NCBI GenBank assembly: GCA_951406725.2
Contig: OX597822.1
Span: 29,450,001 to 29,514,000, forward strand
Length of the DNA: 64,000 nt
Direction: 5' to 3'
Source of the DNA: Octopus vulgaris
Taxonomy: Eukaryota
The first letter of the stretch is position 1, and each line of letters starts with the position of its first letter. The translations under genes were made by a program, and so were the position numbers. Positions 27,811-41,542 of the stretch are shown here, piece by piece. Under the pieces are notes generated by a model. The model was not told the DNA's origin. It saw nothing but the letters and a program-made list of their open reading frames with translations, and did no database searches.

Positions 27811-27989
27811 TATAATCAAAATAAGCAACAAGGATATCCAAGGTAGAGTAGTACAATTGTTTCATGCTATTTCATTTTTATTAAACACAGTAGGTATTAC
27901 ATCAGTTTTAAAATGTTTAATAAAATGAAGTAGCATGAAACAATTGTACTACTCTACCTTTGATATCCTTGTTGCTTATTTTGATTATA
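27811..27989. repeat. Fold-back element with ~77-bp inverted arms
   Basis: 27811-27887 is the near-exact reverse complement of 27914-27989; abuts (TA)n. Confidence 0.85.
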
Positions 27990-28016
27990 TATATATTTAT
28001 ATATATATATATATAT

Positions 28017-28074
<58 letters not shown>

Positions 28075-28690
28075 ATAATAATGGACTCTCCCGTTGAAGA
28101 CGATGTATGAGCATTTAGCTTTTGCCAAACAACCTGCCCAAATGATTTGTTTATAGTGATCCAATGTTTGTGCCACACATTAGGTCACTCCCTCCATCAA
28201 ACAGGTACACTCTGTGCCACACCTCAGGTGTCCAAGTGATCGCAGAGTAATGTGAGATGGAGTGTTTTGCTCAAAAAATACAATGCACCACCCAGTCTAA
28301 GGATTGAACTCACAATTGCTAGATCATGAGTGCAACACTCACGCCTCTAGTCCATGCACCCTCATACACACACACACACACACAAATATTTATATACATA
28401 TTGCTCTCCTCAACATGAATTTTGCTATGAATTGACTGAGAGTGTTGAGTCCCTCCATCAGCAAATGTTCTGTTTTTAAATATGCTTGAAAGTAAGAACT
28501 GCACATGCACATACAGTTCATATTATATATATATATGCACATATATATATATATATATAAAACTCATGTTCTTTTTTACAAAACCCACACTTGGAGCCAT
28601 CCCTAGTCTGGATCTATAACTTGCATTGGATTAGGAGCCTCTGTGTGTGTGTGTTTATGTATGTATATCTATATATACACATATATATAT

Positions 28691-28735
<45 letters not shown>

Positions 28736-29126
28736 TATATAATTGTATGTATGCATGTATGTATGTGTGGGTCTCGACTGTTTCCTAGCGCCCTTAATGC
28801 TAAAATATCTAGATTCTAATGAATTCTATAACTGATTTATATATATATGTGTGTATGTAACATAAAAGAATGGACAAGAGTTTTTAGGAGACAATGGAAC
28901 TGAAAGAATATTCTTTTTTTCTTTTTTAAAAGATATTACACTCTTAAAATGAAAAAAATTGGAAACTTCTAGTTATAGTATTCAGATGAAGTAGATGGGG
29001 TGAAAATATATTGTAACTATCATAGTTGATAGTATAAAAGACACATGGACATATTAGATGCTCTGCCGCCCTTCCAAATTTTAGCAGCACATATTCAAGA
29101 AAAAGGCTTTTTTTTTAGTGCTTTAA

Positions 29127-29346
29127 CCCTTTCATTACCAACCCGGCTGAAACCGGTTCTGGCTCTGAGTACAAGTGTCTTGTTTTGATAAGTTTTGAAT
29201 TAAAATCTTCCACCAAACCTTAGTCATAATTTATTCTCCTAACACTAGCTGAATGGTAACTAAGTTATTTTACTAAATTCTTTGTTATATTTAAAGTAAT
29301 TGAAAGGAACACAGAGCATCTCAAAATATATACAGTAACAAATGGG
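29127..29346. mobile_element. piggyBac-like MITE
   Basis: TTAA|CCCTTTCATTAC ... GTAACAAATGGG|TTAA; related degenerate copies near 32480-32714 and 34920. Confidence 0.7.
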
Positions 29347-32092
29347 TTAAGCCTTTAACATTCTGATTACTCTGCCAAATGCTTATTTAGAATTAATCCT
29401 GCATTATCTTGTACCTTCAAGATATCAATGATGTGATTGTTTATTTTTTACAATGACATTGTAGGGTAGGTGTGAAAAGCTGGATCTAACTAGTTTGAAC
29501 ATAAAATGTGGAGAATTTTATGGCCGATTTAAAAACTAGAAGTTTCTTACTGATAAATATTTAATTTAGGTGGAGATTGGCATATTTGTGAGAGAGTTTG
29601 TTGGCTAGAATGTTTTGCCGTTTTTACCCAGACTCTGAGTTTTGATCTGGCTGGTTTGAGCATAAAACACATGGAATATTTGGACCAGCCATAACTGGTT
29701 TAAATGCTAAAGGGATAGAGCTAGAAGTTTGTTACACATAATTATTTAATTTAGGTGGTGAATTAGCATATTTGTGAGTGATTGCTGTCTAGAATGCTTT
29801 GCAGTTTTTGCGCAGACCATCTGACTTCAGATCTGGCAGGTAGAATATTTGGGCCAGATATGGTTTAAAGCATTAAATAATATGTTATAAGCTCAACTTT
29901 GCAGATAGGATTTGGGGTGATTTTTTTTTTGAAACATTAAAAAAAAAAGTATCTATCTTATGTTATCAATTATGATAAATACAAATACAAAAAAAATCAG
30001 TCCAGATATAAGAAATGTTTGAATTTCTTTCTAAGTATAGGCAGTAAGGATAAAAAATAATAAAAGTTAATGAAATTAACACTGGATGACAGAAATAACA
30101 AAAGTTAATGAAATATAACAAAAGTTAATGAAATTACACTGGATGACAGAAATTTATTTAATGTTGATTACATCATTTCATTTTCTATGTTAAATGTGAT
30201 ATATTTTTCCCTAAAAAATATTGAATTCCACTTTTTTTAAGTTTGTTTCTTGTTTTTTTTTCCCTCTCCTTTTTGTGTGATTTTTTTTACATTTATGTCT
30301 TTTAAAAAATTTTTTTCTTTTTGTAAATTCACCATCATAATTATCATTATCATTTCTACCCTTTCCGACTTTTCCTTACACACATATTTCAATGAAATTT
30401 TGGGGCTGCAACAAGCCCTAATGAATTTGTTTTTCAATTTTTCTTTGTTTTGATTTTTTCTTGTATTACTTTTGCCCCCCCCCCACCACCCATCACCTCT
30501 GTTCTTCTTTTGTATTATCTTGTTGTTTTTTGTTGTTTAGCCCGAAGCTGGCCTCTATTGATCAAAAGCAAGCATTCAAACTGTGGCCATCCCATTATGA
30601 GACTGAGTGTGTGTGTGTGTGTGAAGACTACATTGTATGGTGTATTCTTCCTTTTATTCATTTTTAAAGATGTTGGTATGTGACTTGGAGGAGATTTGGT
30701 TACCATATTTCTGGCAGGCTGTACAATCATGTAGAAGTTTGCCATTGTTATTCTATGTTGAAAACCAGTATTCCAGGAGGAACAGTTTGTGGGGGTGGTG
30801 GCACCTGCCGCTTCTACTTCTATTACTATTACTACTACTGCTACTACTACTGCAGGGCATTCTTCTAGAAACCTTTACATGCAAGGAGTTACCAATGAGT
30901 TAATGGCCAGTATATTCCCCTGCACCTGACTTTCCCCTTAAAAACAAAAAAAAAAAAAAAAGAAAATTATTTTCAGATGATTTTTTGGTGAGGGCCACTG
31001 ATGATGATATTCATTGCAGTACAGCATCCCTATTTGCCCCCTTTTCTGTGTGACCCCTCACCCAACCCTTCCACCTCTTCCTCCTCCTTGCTTGTGCTCT
31101 TTGTTTTTCCTCCTCCTTCTTCTTCTTGTTCTTGTTCTTGTCTTCTTTGCCCACCTCATCTTCTTCTTCCTCCTCTTCCTTCCCTTTTCCTCATTTCTCT
31201 CTTCTCTTCCTCCTCTCTCTCCTCTTCCTCCTCTTTCCCTCTGCTCTCTCTCCCCCTCCCCCCATCTACCTCTCCATTTCTTTTCTGTTTCTCCTTTTGG
31301 AATTGCAATTGAGTATTATAGTGTCCATTTCCTAGCTAACGAATCTTCTGCACTGCTAGTTTTCATTAACCTTTTTGTAATTCATAATTTGTAATTAATA
31401 GTTAACGAGCTATAAGGGAAGCTTATATGTGTCTGGCAGAAACGTTAGCGCGCCGGGCGAAATGCTTAGCGGTACCTCGTCTGTGGTTACGTTCTGAGTT
31501 CAAATTCCGCCGAGGTCGACTTTGCCTTTCATCCTTTCGGGGTTGATAAATAAAGTACCAGTTTCGCACTGGGGTCGATGTAATCGACTTAATCCCTTTG
31601 TCTGTCCTTGTTTGTCCCCTCTATGTTTAGCCCCCTGTGGGCAATAAAGAAATATATATGTGTCTGTGTGGGAGAATTAAAATGCAAAATACAAATAATT
31701 CTCCCCCTCCTCACACTTCTGTTTCCTTTCTCACTCGCTTGTTCACTACCCTCCATCTGTTTTGTTTTGTTTTGTTCCTGTTAACTAAATAACACCTGTT
31801 CACTTTGATGAATTTGTTCACCTTATTGTTTTAAACCTGCTTTGGGTAAGTCTTTTTTATTGCTCTACCTTCCAAAAATGGATTTTTTTCTTTTCTTTTC
31901 TTATAAAAAACAGACTAAAAAATTATACACTCACATACATGAACATACACACATGTACACATGTATTTGAATACCTCTTACATGGCTCAGTGGTTAGAGT
32001 TCAATTCCTGAACTGGGCTATGTGTTGTGTTCTTGAGCAAGACATACAGACAAGCTGTATTGGCCTTTGCGCTTCCCTCGGGTAACATCAGT

Positions 32093-32301
32093 ACTGTTGT
32101 TGTTGTTAAGCAACAAGATGGGTAAGGGTGATTAGGAGAGGGCCTAGGGCTTAGGGGCGAGAGACCCCAGACCTTGGGAAAAAAAAGAACTTTGGTCGTC
32201 TTGTTGTAGTCGAGGGTTCTTCGTTGACACCCAACACCACTGGGAGGTGGCCCTTGAAGTCGCTGGAAATGGAGATATCCAGGTCCAAATTTTTGGACGG
32301 C
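32093..32301 (-). mobile_element. 5'-truncated retroposon fragment nested in a family C SINE
   Basis: Flanked by direct repeat ACATCAGT (32085-32092, 32302-32309); (CAA)n tail on the minus strand. Confidence 0.65.
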
Positions 32302-33118
32302 ACATCAGTGGTGTGGAGAGGCTGGTATGCATGGGCAACTGCTGGTCTTCCATAAACAACCTTGCTCATACTTGTGCCTCGGAGGGGAACAATCCTGTGG
32401 TCATTCTTGACCGAAGAGTGTCGTTACGTTACGTTACATTCATACACACAAGGAAACACAGGTAGTGTTAAGGCTGCCTGACCCTTTGGACACCATCCTT
32501 CCCGGGTTTGCCCTTAGTTCTATGATATTAAATTACTGTTTTAAACTGATTTAATTTAAATTAAAACCTTCCATCAAAACTTCGTGTTAATTTAAGTTCC
32601 AAAACATCAGCTTGATAATGACAAAGTAATTCTACTGAATTCTTTGTTATTTTCAAAATTAATTGAAAGAAAAGGCAGTGAATTTCAATGGAAATTTGTT
32701 AAGACAAGGGTTAATGAAGATAAAACAGAGAACAAGCAAAAATTGTCTGTCGCAGTGATCATCATCATCATCATCATTGTCATCCTCCTCCTCTCCCGTG
32801 TCCTCCCCATGCCCTACTCCTCATGCCCTCCTCCTCCCTCTTGTTCTCCCCTCCTCCCCTTGTCCCCCACTCCCCCATGTCTTCCCCATCCTCCTTTCCT
32901 CCTCCTCCTCTTGTCTTCCACCCCTATATCTAGTCAATAGTTCATTTTACTATAACATGGATAAATGCTCCCATCCTTATTCCCCACAGCTTCCTCATTT
33001 TATGAAAGACAGGGTGGAAAGGGTTCTGGAGATATACTGCGTTACTGTTCTGCTTCTAAAACAAAATATGAATGTTGTGCTTGTGCAGTGCTGCCTCACA
33101 TCAGCAAATAAATTATAT

Positions 33119-33157
<39 letters not shown>

Positions 33158-33160
<3 letters not shown>

Positions 33161-34290
33161 ATAAAACGGTAAGATAACAAAAGAAAGAAAGAGACCTCAA
33201 TATTATGTAAATAGAGGAAATTTATCTATACAATATGTTACATTACTCGGTAGTCAAGATAAAACTCTGAGTTTCAGATGCCGAAGTGGAAATCCACAAC
33301 ACCATCTCTTCGGTTATCTGGCTATTTGAAAACGTTATGAAAAAATACCGTTAAAAATGAAGGGAAATTACTCTGTTATAACTCTGCTTTGCCTGCGTAC
33401 TTATACATCGCTCGCATTTTTCGTCATAAAAATTATATAAAAATACATAAAAATATATAAAAATATATAAAAATATATAAAATCTTCTTGGGACATAACA
33501 CAGAAAGCATGTTCTATCCGTTTTCTTTAGGGGACCAAAAACGTAACAGAAATTTAGTCACATGTGGGCATGATCCGAAAAGTTCTGTCCTTGTATTTAG
33601 ACATGTGGTAGGGTCTAAGCTGCTTTTCCAGATAAGCCATCTCTCCATGTCGCATAAACCGCACCTTCCGCTGCCGTTAGTATAGGGCTTACATCTGGCC
33701 AAAATCTTCCATTGTATGTTATAATCGACACCTTTATCTCTTAAAGACCAAATATCCAATCATATTTGGTCTTTAAGAGATAAAGGTGTCGATTATAACA
33801 TACAATGGAAGATTTTGGCCAGATGTAAGCCCTATACTAACGGCAGCGGAAGGTGCTGGTTTATGCGACATGGAGAGATGGCTTATCTGGAAAAGCAGCT
33901 TAGACCCTACCACATGTCTAAATACAAGGACAGAACTTTTCGGATCATGCCCACATGTGACTAAATTTCTGTTACGTTTTTGGTCCCCTAAAGAAAACGG
34001 ATAGAACATGCTTTCTGTGTTATGTCCCAAGAAGATTTTATATATTTTTATATATTTTTATATATTTTTATGTATTTTTATATAATTTTTATGACGAAAA
34101 ATGCGAGCGATGTATAAGTACCAGGCAAAGCAGAGTTATAACAGAGAATTTCCTTCATTTTAACGGTATTTTTTCATAACGTTTTCAAATAGCCAGATAA
34201 CCGAAGAGATGGTGTTGTGGATTTCCACTTCGGCATCTGAAACTCAGAGTTTTATCTTGACTACCAGTAATGTAACATATTGTATAGATA
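33158..34290. mobile_element. Penelope-like element 3' end arranged as a ~533-bp-arm palindrome in a (TA)n tract
   Basis: 33223-33755 is the reverse complement of 33762-34290 with loop CCAATC. Left arm (-) encodes IWSLRDKGVDYNIQWKILARCKPY..RCGLCDMERWLI..LNTRTELFGSCPH, typical of the C-terminus of PLE GIY-YIG endonucleases. Confidence 0.85.
34195..34257 (+). ncRNA. Minimal type-I hammerhead-ribozyme-like motif; mirror copy at 33257-33319 (-)
   Basis: AGATAA-CCGAAGA-GATG..CATC-T-GAAA-CTCAGAG-TT-TTATCT: stem I, core (U4C variant), stem II, GAAA, palindromic stem III, UH site. One extra nucleotide before GAAA. Confidence 0.5.
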
Positions 34291-34395
34291 TATATATATA
34301 TATATATATAAATTTAAAATGAGGGTGAGAAACTGGATATTAATTTAATTAATATCAATTTAACACCAGTGAAGGTTCAGTAAATTGTATTATAT

Positions 34396-34514
34396 ACATA
34401 TGAGAGGGATGACCAACATGTGGACAGCCCTTATGCTAGAAGTAGATCCGCTGTGCTAGAAGTAGTGGATCTACTTCTAGCATAAGGGTTGTCCACATGG
34501 CGGTAATCCCTCTC

Positions 34515-34520
<6 letters not shown>
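34396..34520. repeat. Fold-back hairpin with ~54-bp arms
   Basis: acatatgagagggat..tagaagtagatcc / ggatctacttcta..atccctctcatatgt. Confidence 0.85.
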
Positions 34521-34554
<34 letters not shown>

Positions 34555-35837
34555 GGTGTATTTGGTTATGTACATTATTTACAAATGGTACAAGTAAATT
34601 TTTTTATTTATTCAAAATCTGTACAGCTGAGAGAAAAAATAGAACATTTAATTTTTTTTTTTGTTCTGTAATTATTTACACTTAACTTTGAAAAATATAA
34701 AATATCAACTTAAAATTCCACTGGTATAAATTATAATATAAATACAACTGTCCATGAGCTAGAATGTAAAGTCATGGAAATTTAAGTCTACAGATGAGGA
34801 GCGAAATGAAATGAAATGACAATATTAAACTACATAACTTCAATGAGATTTGAACTTTCACTTTGGGATTGAAGAGAATAACAGAGCAGAGTGGCTTTTT
34901 ATCAATACAGCACAGAATTTAATCCTTTTGATAACAACTTGCCTGAGCTCACCTTCGGTTCTGTGATACAAACTTTCTGTTTTGAAGGGATCTAAATTAT
35001 AACTGCCCATCAGAATTTCACATTGATTCATATTCTGAACTCCAGACTGATGACAGTTTTTTTTTCATAAATTCTTCTTTATTTTCAAAATTTCTGTATC
35101 TGAATGCATAAAAATGCATGGGTGTATATGGTGCACCCCTATGTCAGGGAAATAGATTTATAGTGCATTAAAGCTTATGGGAGACCCAACTTTGCATATA
35201 AGACTTGATGTTTTTTGTCTTTTTAAGCAATATTTTTTTTTGGGGGTGGGCAGGGAAATAGTGTCTTATACACCATTAACTATGGAAATTGAAACGAAGG
35301 CAGTGAATACCACCAAAAATATGATAATGAAATTATTAAAATGGAAAAGGAAATTTTAAAATATTTTTCTGAAATATGATTAAATAATAATTTACCCCCC
35401 CAAAATATATATATATATATATATATACTCTTTTTACTCTTTTACTCTTTTACTTGTTTCAGTCATTTGACTGCGGCCATGCTGGAGCACCGCCTTTAAG
35501 CGAGCAAATCGACCCCGGGACTTATTCTTTGTAAGCCTAGTACTTATTCTATCGGTCTCTTTTGCCGAACTGCTAAGTGACGGGGACGTAAACACACCAG
35601 CATCGGTTGTCAAGCAATGCTAGGGGTACAAACACACACACACAAACACATACACATACACACATATATATATATACACATATATACGACGGGCTTCTTT
35701 CAGTTTCCGTCTACCAAATCCACTCACAAGGCATTGGTCGGCCCGGGGCTATAGCAGAAGACACTTGCCCAAGATGCCACGCAGTGGGACTGAACCCGGA
35801 ACCATGTGGTTGGTTAGCAAGCTACTTACCACACAGC

Positions 35838-35889
<52 letters not shown>

Positions 35890-36015
35890 CCATCCTTGTA
35901 AAATAATATGATCAAGTTTTCGAATAAACTCAGATCCTGCCTTGTTAATAATTCTGGTGTATTGAAATGTAATATTCCTGTTATATTGTTATACTATAGT
36001 GACAATCTATCCTTC

Positions 36016-36067
<52 letters not shown>

Positions 36068-36215
36068 ATTTGTTTGTTTTTGACTGGGTCAAAAACAATT
36101 TAATAATGAAATTTAATTTACTCTCAGTATTAAGTAATCAGTTCTTAAAATTGCTTTAAAATAATAATTTTAAATCAGCTCACACATATGTGAGTGTGTG
36201 TGTGTAAATATGAAT

Positions 36216-36247
<32 letters not shown>

Positions 36248-36256
<9 letters not shown>

Positions 36257-36455
36257 GAAATGAGGTACTCAGAAATTCGGATGGTTTTATATTTACAGAT
36301 ATTTATTTGTATATTACATTTTTTTCTACATCATATAACTTAGATCATGTATTAGCGTTTTCTCCCATTCTAGTGGGGTTTTCAAATCGAACTAAGTTAA
36401 ATATCTGTAAATATAAACCCATCCGAATTTCTGAGTACCTCATTTCTTCTAATAT
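36248..36455. repeat. Fold-back element with ~55-bp inverted arms inside (TA)n
   Basis: tattagaagaaatgaggtactcagaaattcggatgg..tttacagatattt is inverted at ~36399-36455. Confidence 0.85.
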
Positions 36456-37513
36456 AAAATACCTGTACATCATCTCCAAACCTTCCAATATATATATATA
36501 TATAGATGTATGTATGTGTTTATATCTATACATGTGTGTATGCATATATATATATATATATATATGTATATGTTTATACATGTGTGTGTGCATATATATA
36601 TATGTATGTATATGATATTAGCTGTCCATTTGTGATTGTGGCTGAGGAAGACCATCACAGACCATTTGGAATATCGTACACTCAGACAGATTTACACTTT
36701 ACACTTATAGCTCAGGTGAGGACTAATGAGCCCAGCTCTTGATAAACACACCTGGCCTCCAAAGCAAGCCTCTCCCCACCCCCGCCATCCACTACACTTG
36801 ATACACTGCTGCCTATTTCCTTGCACAATACCACTGTTTGTTAGAATCTCTTGTGATACTCTAAAAGAACAAAAATGTCTCCTTTCAATTATATTTGTCA
36901 ACATCATCATCATTATCACCACCACTGCCACCATTTCCACCACTGCCATCATCATAATCAATATTGAGAGGTTACTATGACACTGCAAACGAACAATATG
37001 TGCCTATGTATTTATATATATATATATAAACACATAGTCACACACACATTTATATATATATCTATATATATATAAACATGTACTCTCTCACATGCACACG
37101 CACACACACACATACATGCATTCAGATTATATTTTTTTGTGTTTTTAATTTTTTTTTTCTTTTGCAATCTTTGCTTGGGTTGGAAGGTTCTGTAAATTCT
37201 AAATTTTGCTTCATTTTCTCAAGCAAATATTTACAATTAAATATACTGATTTTTTTTTTTTTTTAATAACTATTCAGATATAGACTGATAAAGATTAGAT
37301 CTGTTTGGTATGATGTCAAGTTTTACGTTACTTATTTTTGGATGGCCTGATTAAAAGCAAGCAGAGTAATTATTAATGTATTGCTAATTATTGATATATT
37401 TTGATATCTCCTTGCATAAAGTTGTCCCCTCAATGTTTATTATCTTGCAAACTGTCATGATGGCCTCACTAGTGCCGGCAGCATGGAAAAAAACATACCT
37501 AGTACATGCTGTA

Positions 37514-37754
37514 AAGGCGGCGAGCTGGCAGAATCGTTAGCACACCGGGCGACATGCTTAGTGGTATTTCGTCTGCCGCTACATTCTGAGTTCAAATTCT
37601 GCCGAGGTCGACTCTGCCTTTCATCCTATCGGGGTCGATTAAATAAGTACCAGTTATGTACTGGGGTTGATATAATCGACTTAAACTGTTTGCCTGTCTT
37701 TGTTTGTCCCCCTCTGTGTGTAGCCCCTTGTGGGTAGTAAAGAAATAAGAAATA
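37514..37754 (+). mobile_element. Family B SINE with 16-bp TSD; others with long TSDs at ~39523-39755, ~48245-48476, ~31432-31655
   Basis: AGTACATGCTGTAAAG at 37501-37516 and 37755-37770; the 48245 copy is flanked by AGTATTACATCCCTCTT (48225-48241, 48477-48493). Confidence 0.85.
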
Positions 37755-40700
37755 AGTACATGCTGTAAAGTGGTTGGCATTAGGAAGGGCATCGGGCTGT
37801 GGGGACCATGCCAAAGCAGACACTGGAGCACGATGCAGTCCTTGGACCCATTGGAGCCTATCAAATCATCCAACCCATGTCAGCATTAAACAGTTGAACA
37901 CGGACATTAAATGATGATGATGATGATGATGATGAAATATACTGCCTCACACTTTAAATTCCTTGTCGATAACACTAAAAGATCCACTTGGCACCACCAC
38001 CACCACCACCACCACCAACAACAACACCATTAGTAACAGCAGCAGTAATCACTGCTGCTGCTGGTAATCACTGCTGCTGTCAGGTAATTATTTAGCAATT
38101 TTAGAACAAAGTTGAGCATCAATATTGTATTACTACAACTGTTAATTAGTTTGTAATTGGAGACTTTCCAATTGTAGCTGAACTCGTTGATTGTGTGTTG
38201 CAAACTGTTTTTAAAAATTCAATTTATGTGAAGGGCTCAGAAGAGGGCTAATTTGTGAGGGGCTCAGAAACCTATCTTAGTATTATATGAAGTGAAGGGT
38301 TGAAAAACTTGTTTCAGTGTGTCAAGGGCTGGGGCTGGGGGGTGGGGAAACATTTTTGTGTGTGAAAGACTGAAAAACCTGGCTTTGTATTTAAAGAACT
38401 GGAAAAAATTTTATCTTGGTGTGAGATTTTCATCTGAATAACGAGGGCTCAAGAATCATATTTCGCTGTGTGAAGAGTTGAAAAATTTATCCCCAAGGGC
38501 TCAATATGTATTGGCGTAAGGTGGGGGCTGGGTGTAGTTGAGTTTTTAAATCTATTGAGAAGTGAAGTTTAAAGCCTTTTTTTGATTAAAAAGTTTGCTT
38601 GAAGCAGTTTCTGAAGATAGAATAGTACTGCGGTTAGTTTAATGTATAGTGGAAAATGGAGAAAAATTTGTACATTATTGAGGCTAATAGGAATGCAAAT
38701 TGAGCATTAGCTCAGTGGTTAGAGTGTCAGACTTATACTCGTGAGGTAGTGAGTTTGATTCCCAGACCAGGCTCTTGAGAAAGACACTTTATTTCATGTT
38801 GCTCAAGTTTAGTCAGCTGTAGAAATGAGTTGCAATGTCACTAGTACCAAGCTCTATTGGCTTTTGCCTTTCTCTTGGACAACATCAGTGGTGTAGAGAC
38901 GAGAAGCTGGTATGCATGGACAACTGCTGGTCTTCCACAAATAATTTTCCTGGACTTGTACCTCAGAGGGGAACTTTCTGGGTGCAATTCCATGGTCATT
39001 CATGACTGAAGTAGGTCTTTACCCTTTATCGAAAAATAATAAAATAATGGTATGTTGAAATGTTACTGTAGAAATATTCAATCCTTCATGATATTTCGGG
39101 TAAATAACCCCTTTACAAATGCTTCAAAGAATGAGAGAGAGAGAGACATATATGTAAATGTTTTTAATACTATATGCATGTATATAAATTTCACACACAT
39201 TCAGAGTCTTCCATATTCTTTAGTTCTGTGATTTAGTTCATGGTTTGTGGCATAAGATTATTCTAACAGATTCTTTAATCAGTCAAAAACAATGTGATAA
39301 ATGAATAAATAAATAAATAAATAAAATAAAATAAAAAAGAATAACAGAAAAATCTTTGGCATTCTCCAGTGTGAAAGTCTTCCTTAGTTATTTGTGATAT
39401 TTGTATTTCTGAAAGAACTGTGTTCTTTATCAGAAAAATTCTTGTGATAAAATAAATACTTGTCTGTTATTGCTCTGAGAAGACTACATTAGAAGATAAA
39501 ATTATATAAATAGAATGAAATTAAGGCAGCGAGCTGGCAGAATCGTTAGCACACCGGGCGAAATGTGTAGCCGTATTTCGTCTGTCGATACGTTCTGAGT
39601 TCAAATTCCGCCGAGGTCGACTTTGCCTTTCATCCTTTCCAGGGTCAATAAATTAAGTACCAGTTATGCACTGGGGTCGATTTAATCGACTTAATCCCTT
39701 TGTCTGTCCTTGTTTGTCCCCTCTGTGTTTAGCCCCTTGTGAGTAGTAAAAAAATATATATATAAATAGAATGAAATGAATATAGGAAAAAATCTTAATA
39801 GTGGTGTGTGCGTGTGTGTGTGCATGCATGTGCTACAGAAAAGTGATAAGATGACTGAAATGCTATAAAATATCAGATTATTTAACTGTAGTCACATTTT
39901 GCCCCTGTATGTTCTGAGTTCAAATCTTGTTAAGGGTGATTTGGTTTGTTTCTACAACTTGGGGGTTGGAGTGTCTATCAACTAAATACCAACAATGACC
40001 TAAAGTTCTGTAACAAAATTATAAGAAAACTCTTACCAAGAGCTCCTTTCACAATAATCCTGTTCTGATTTACTAGCTGTAGCTTTGGTACTTTACAGAG
40101 GCCCCTAATCCTTTTTATAAAAGCATTTCATTTGTCACAAACCCTTCCCTGTTAGAGTGTCCCAGACAGACTTACATGCAGTTATCTGCCAACCTTACTT
40201 ATGGTTTCTGTTAAGGCTTGAACTCCTGGCCATTTGATCACTAGCCTAAAATTAATAACTTATAGCTGTCAAAATGAGTTAGTAATTTTTATTTTATATT
40301 TTTATTTTTCTCCTTACTGTACATGTGAAAGTAAAATTACTGATCAGGAGTTCAAGTACAGCTAGAGTCATAAGTAACACCCATAACTTTGGTTGCCCCA
40401 CTCTGGCACATCTATGACTAGTGTTAGTACTTCTGTTGCTACTGTTACTCTTCTGCCCTAACAAGTTAGCCTTCCACACCTCTCATTCCATCCATGTTAC
40501 CCTAATAACAACAGTGGAAGCAGTGCTGTTCTCCCTTTTGCAAGGCATTGGTGCTCTGATCCCCATTTATCCTAGAGCACTGGAACACTACATTCACCCA
40601 TATCCCCTTTTCCGACCACTTCTTATTCTCTCCAAACACACACTTGCAATCCCTAAACACCCAGCCTTCCTAATTTTTTGTCTCCACTCTGTCTAGAGGG

Positions 40701-41324
40701 CACCTTGTTACCATCATCTTTAATTCTATTTCCAGTTCCTCTCCAATTATTCCATTCCATCTTTATATAATGTGAGCTAGCCATGTATATCTTCTGGGGA
40801 AAAAGAGTTGTTCCTGTTCTTCTTTCATAATCTAACCTTTCAACAGTGTGGGTGAAGCCGTTTCCCTCTCTACTAAACTCCCACTTTTTTGCCTGCGTTT
40901 TTTAGTCTTGTGAGTTACATGGTGACCTCACTGGTGCTGGTGCCACAAAAAGAAAGCACCCAGTACACTCTGGAAAGTTGTTGGCATTAAGAAGGGCATC
41001 CAGCTGTAGAAACCATGTCAAAATGGATGTTAGAGCACAATGCAGTCCTCCAGTTTGTCAGAGGATGTCAAACCGTCCAGCCCATACTAGCATAGAAGGC
41101 ACATTAAATGACGATGATGATGTATAAAAACCAGTGTACAATTGTTTAAGTATGCGAGGTGATCATTCTATCTGTGGATCTTCTCTGGAATCCAGAATGT
41201 CCTTATTAGTGATGCTTTCTGCAACATCAAAGCAATATAAAATAAATCTACCCTCTCCTCTATCCCCAGATGAGATGCTGATCTAGTTCTTGGGTGAAAA
41301 TTTTTACTGCATTGTGTGTGCGTG

Positions 41325-41357
<33 letters not shown>

Positions 41358-41542
41358 TTACATGTATGCTTCTTATTCAATAGTTACAATGTTGGAGTTA
41401 TGCTGTTAGCAACTTTTCCTGCCAGTACTTTGCCAGCTTCATGCCTTCAAAGTCAATTGGAGTAAGAGATCCCTTTCTTGAAAAACAGTAAGGAAGCATA
41501 CCCAATTGTAAAAAATTACCTCAGTGACATGTTCATCTAACC

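Noticed and set aside
38700-38775. tRNA gene
   Set aside because: tRNA-like head continues directly into a SINE body; no convincing cloverleaf
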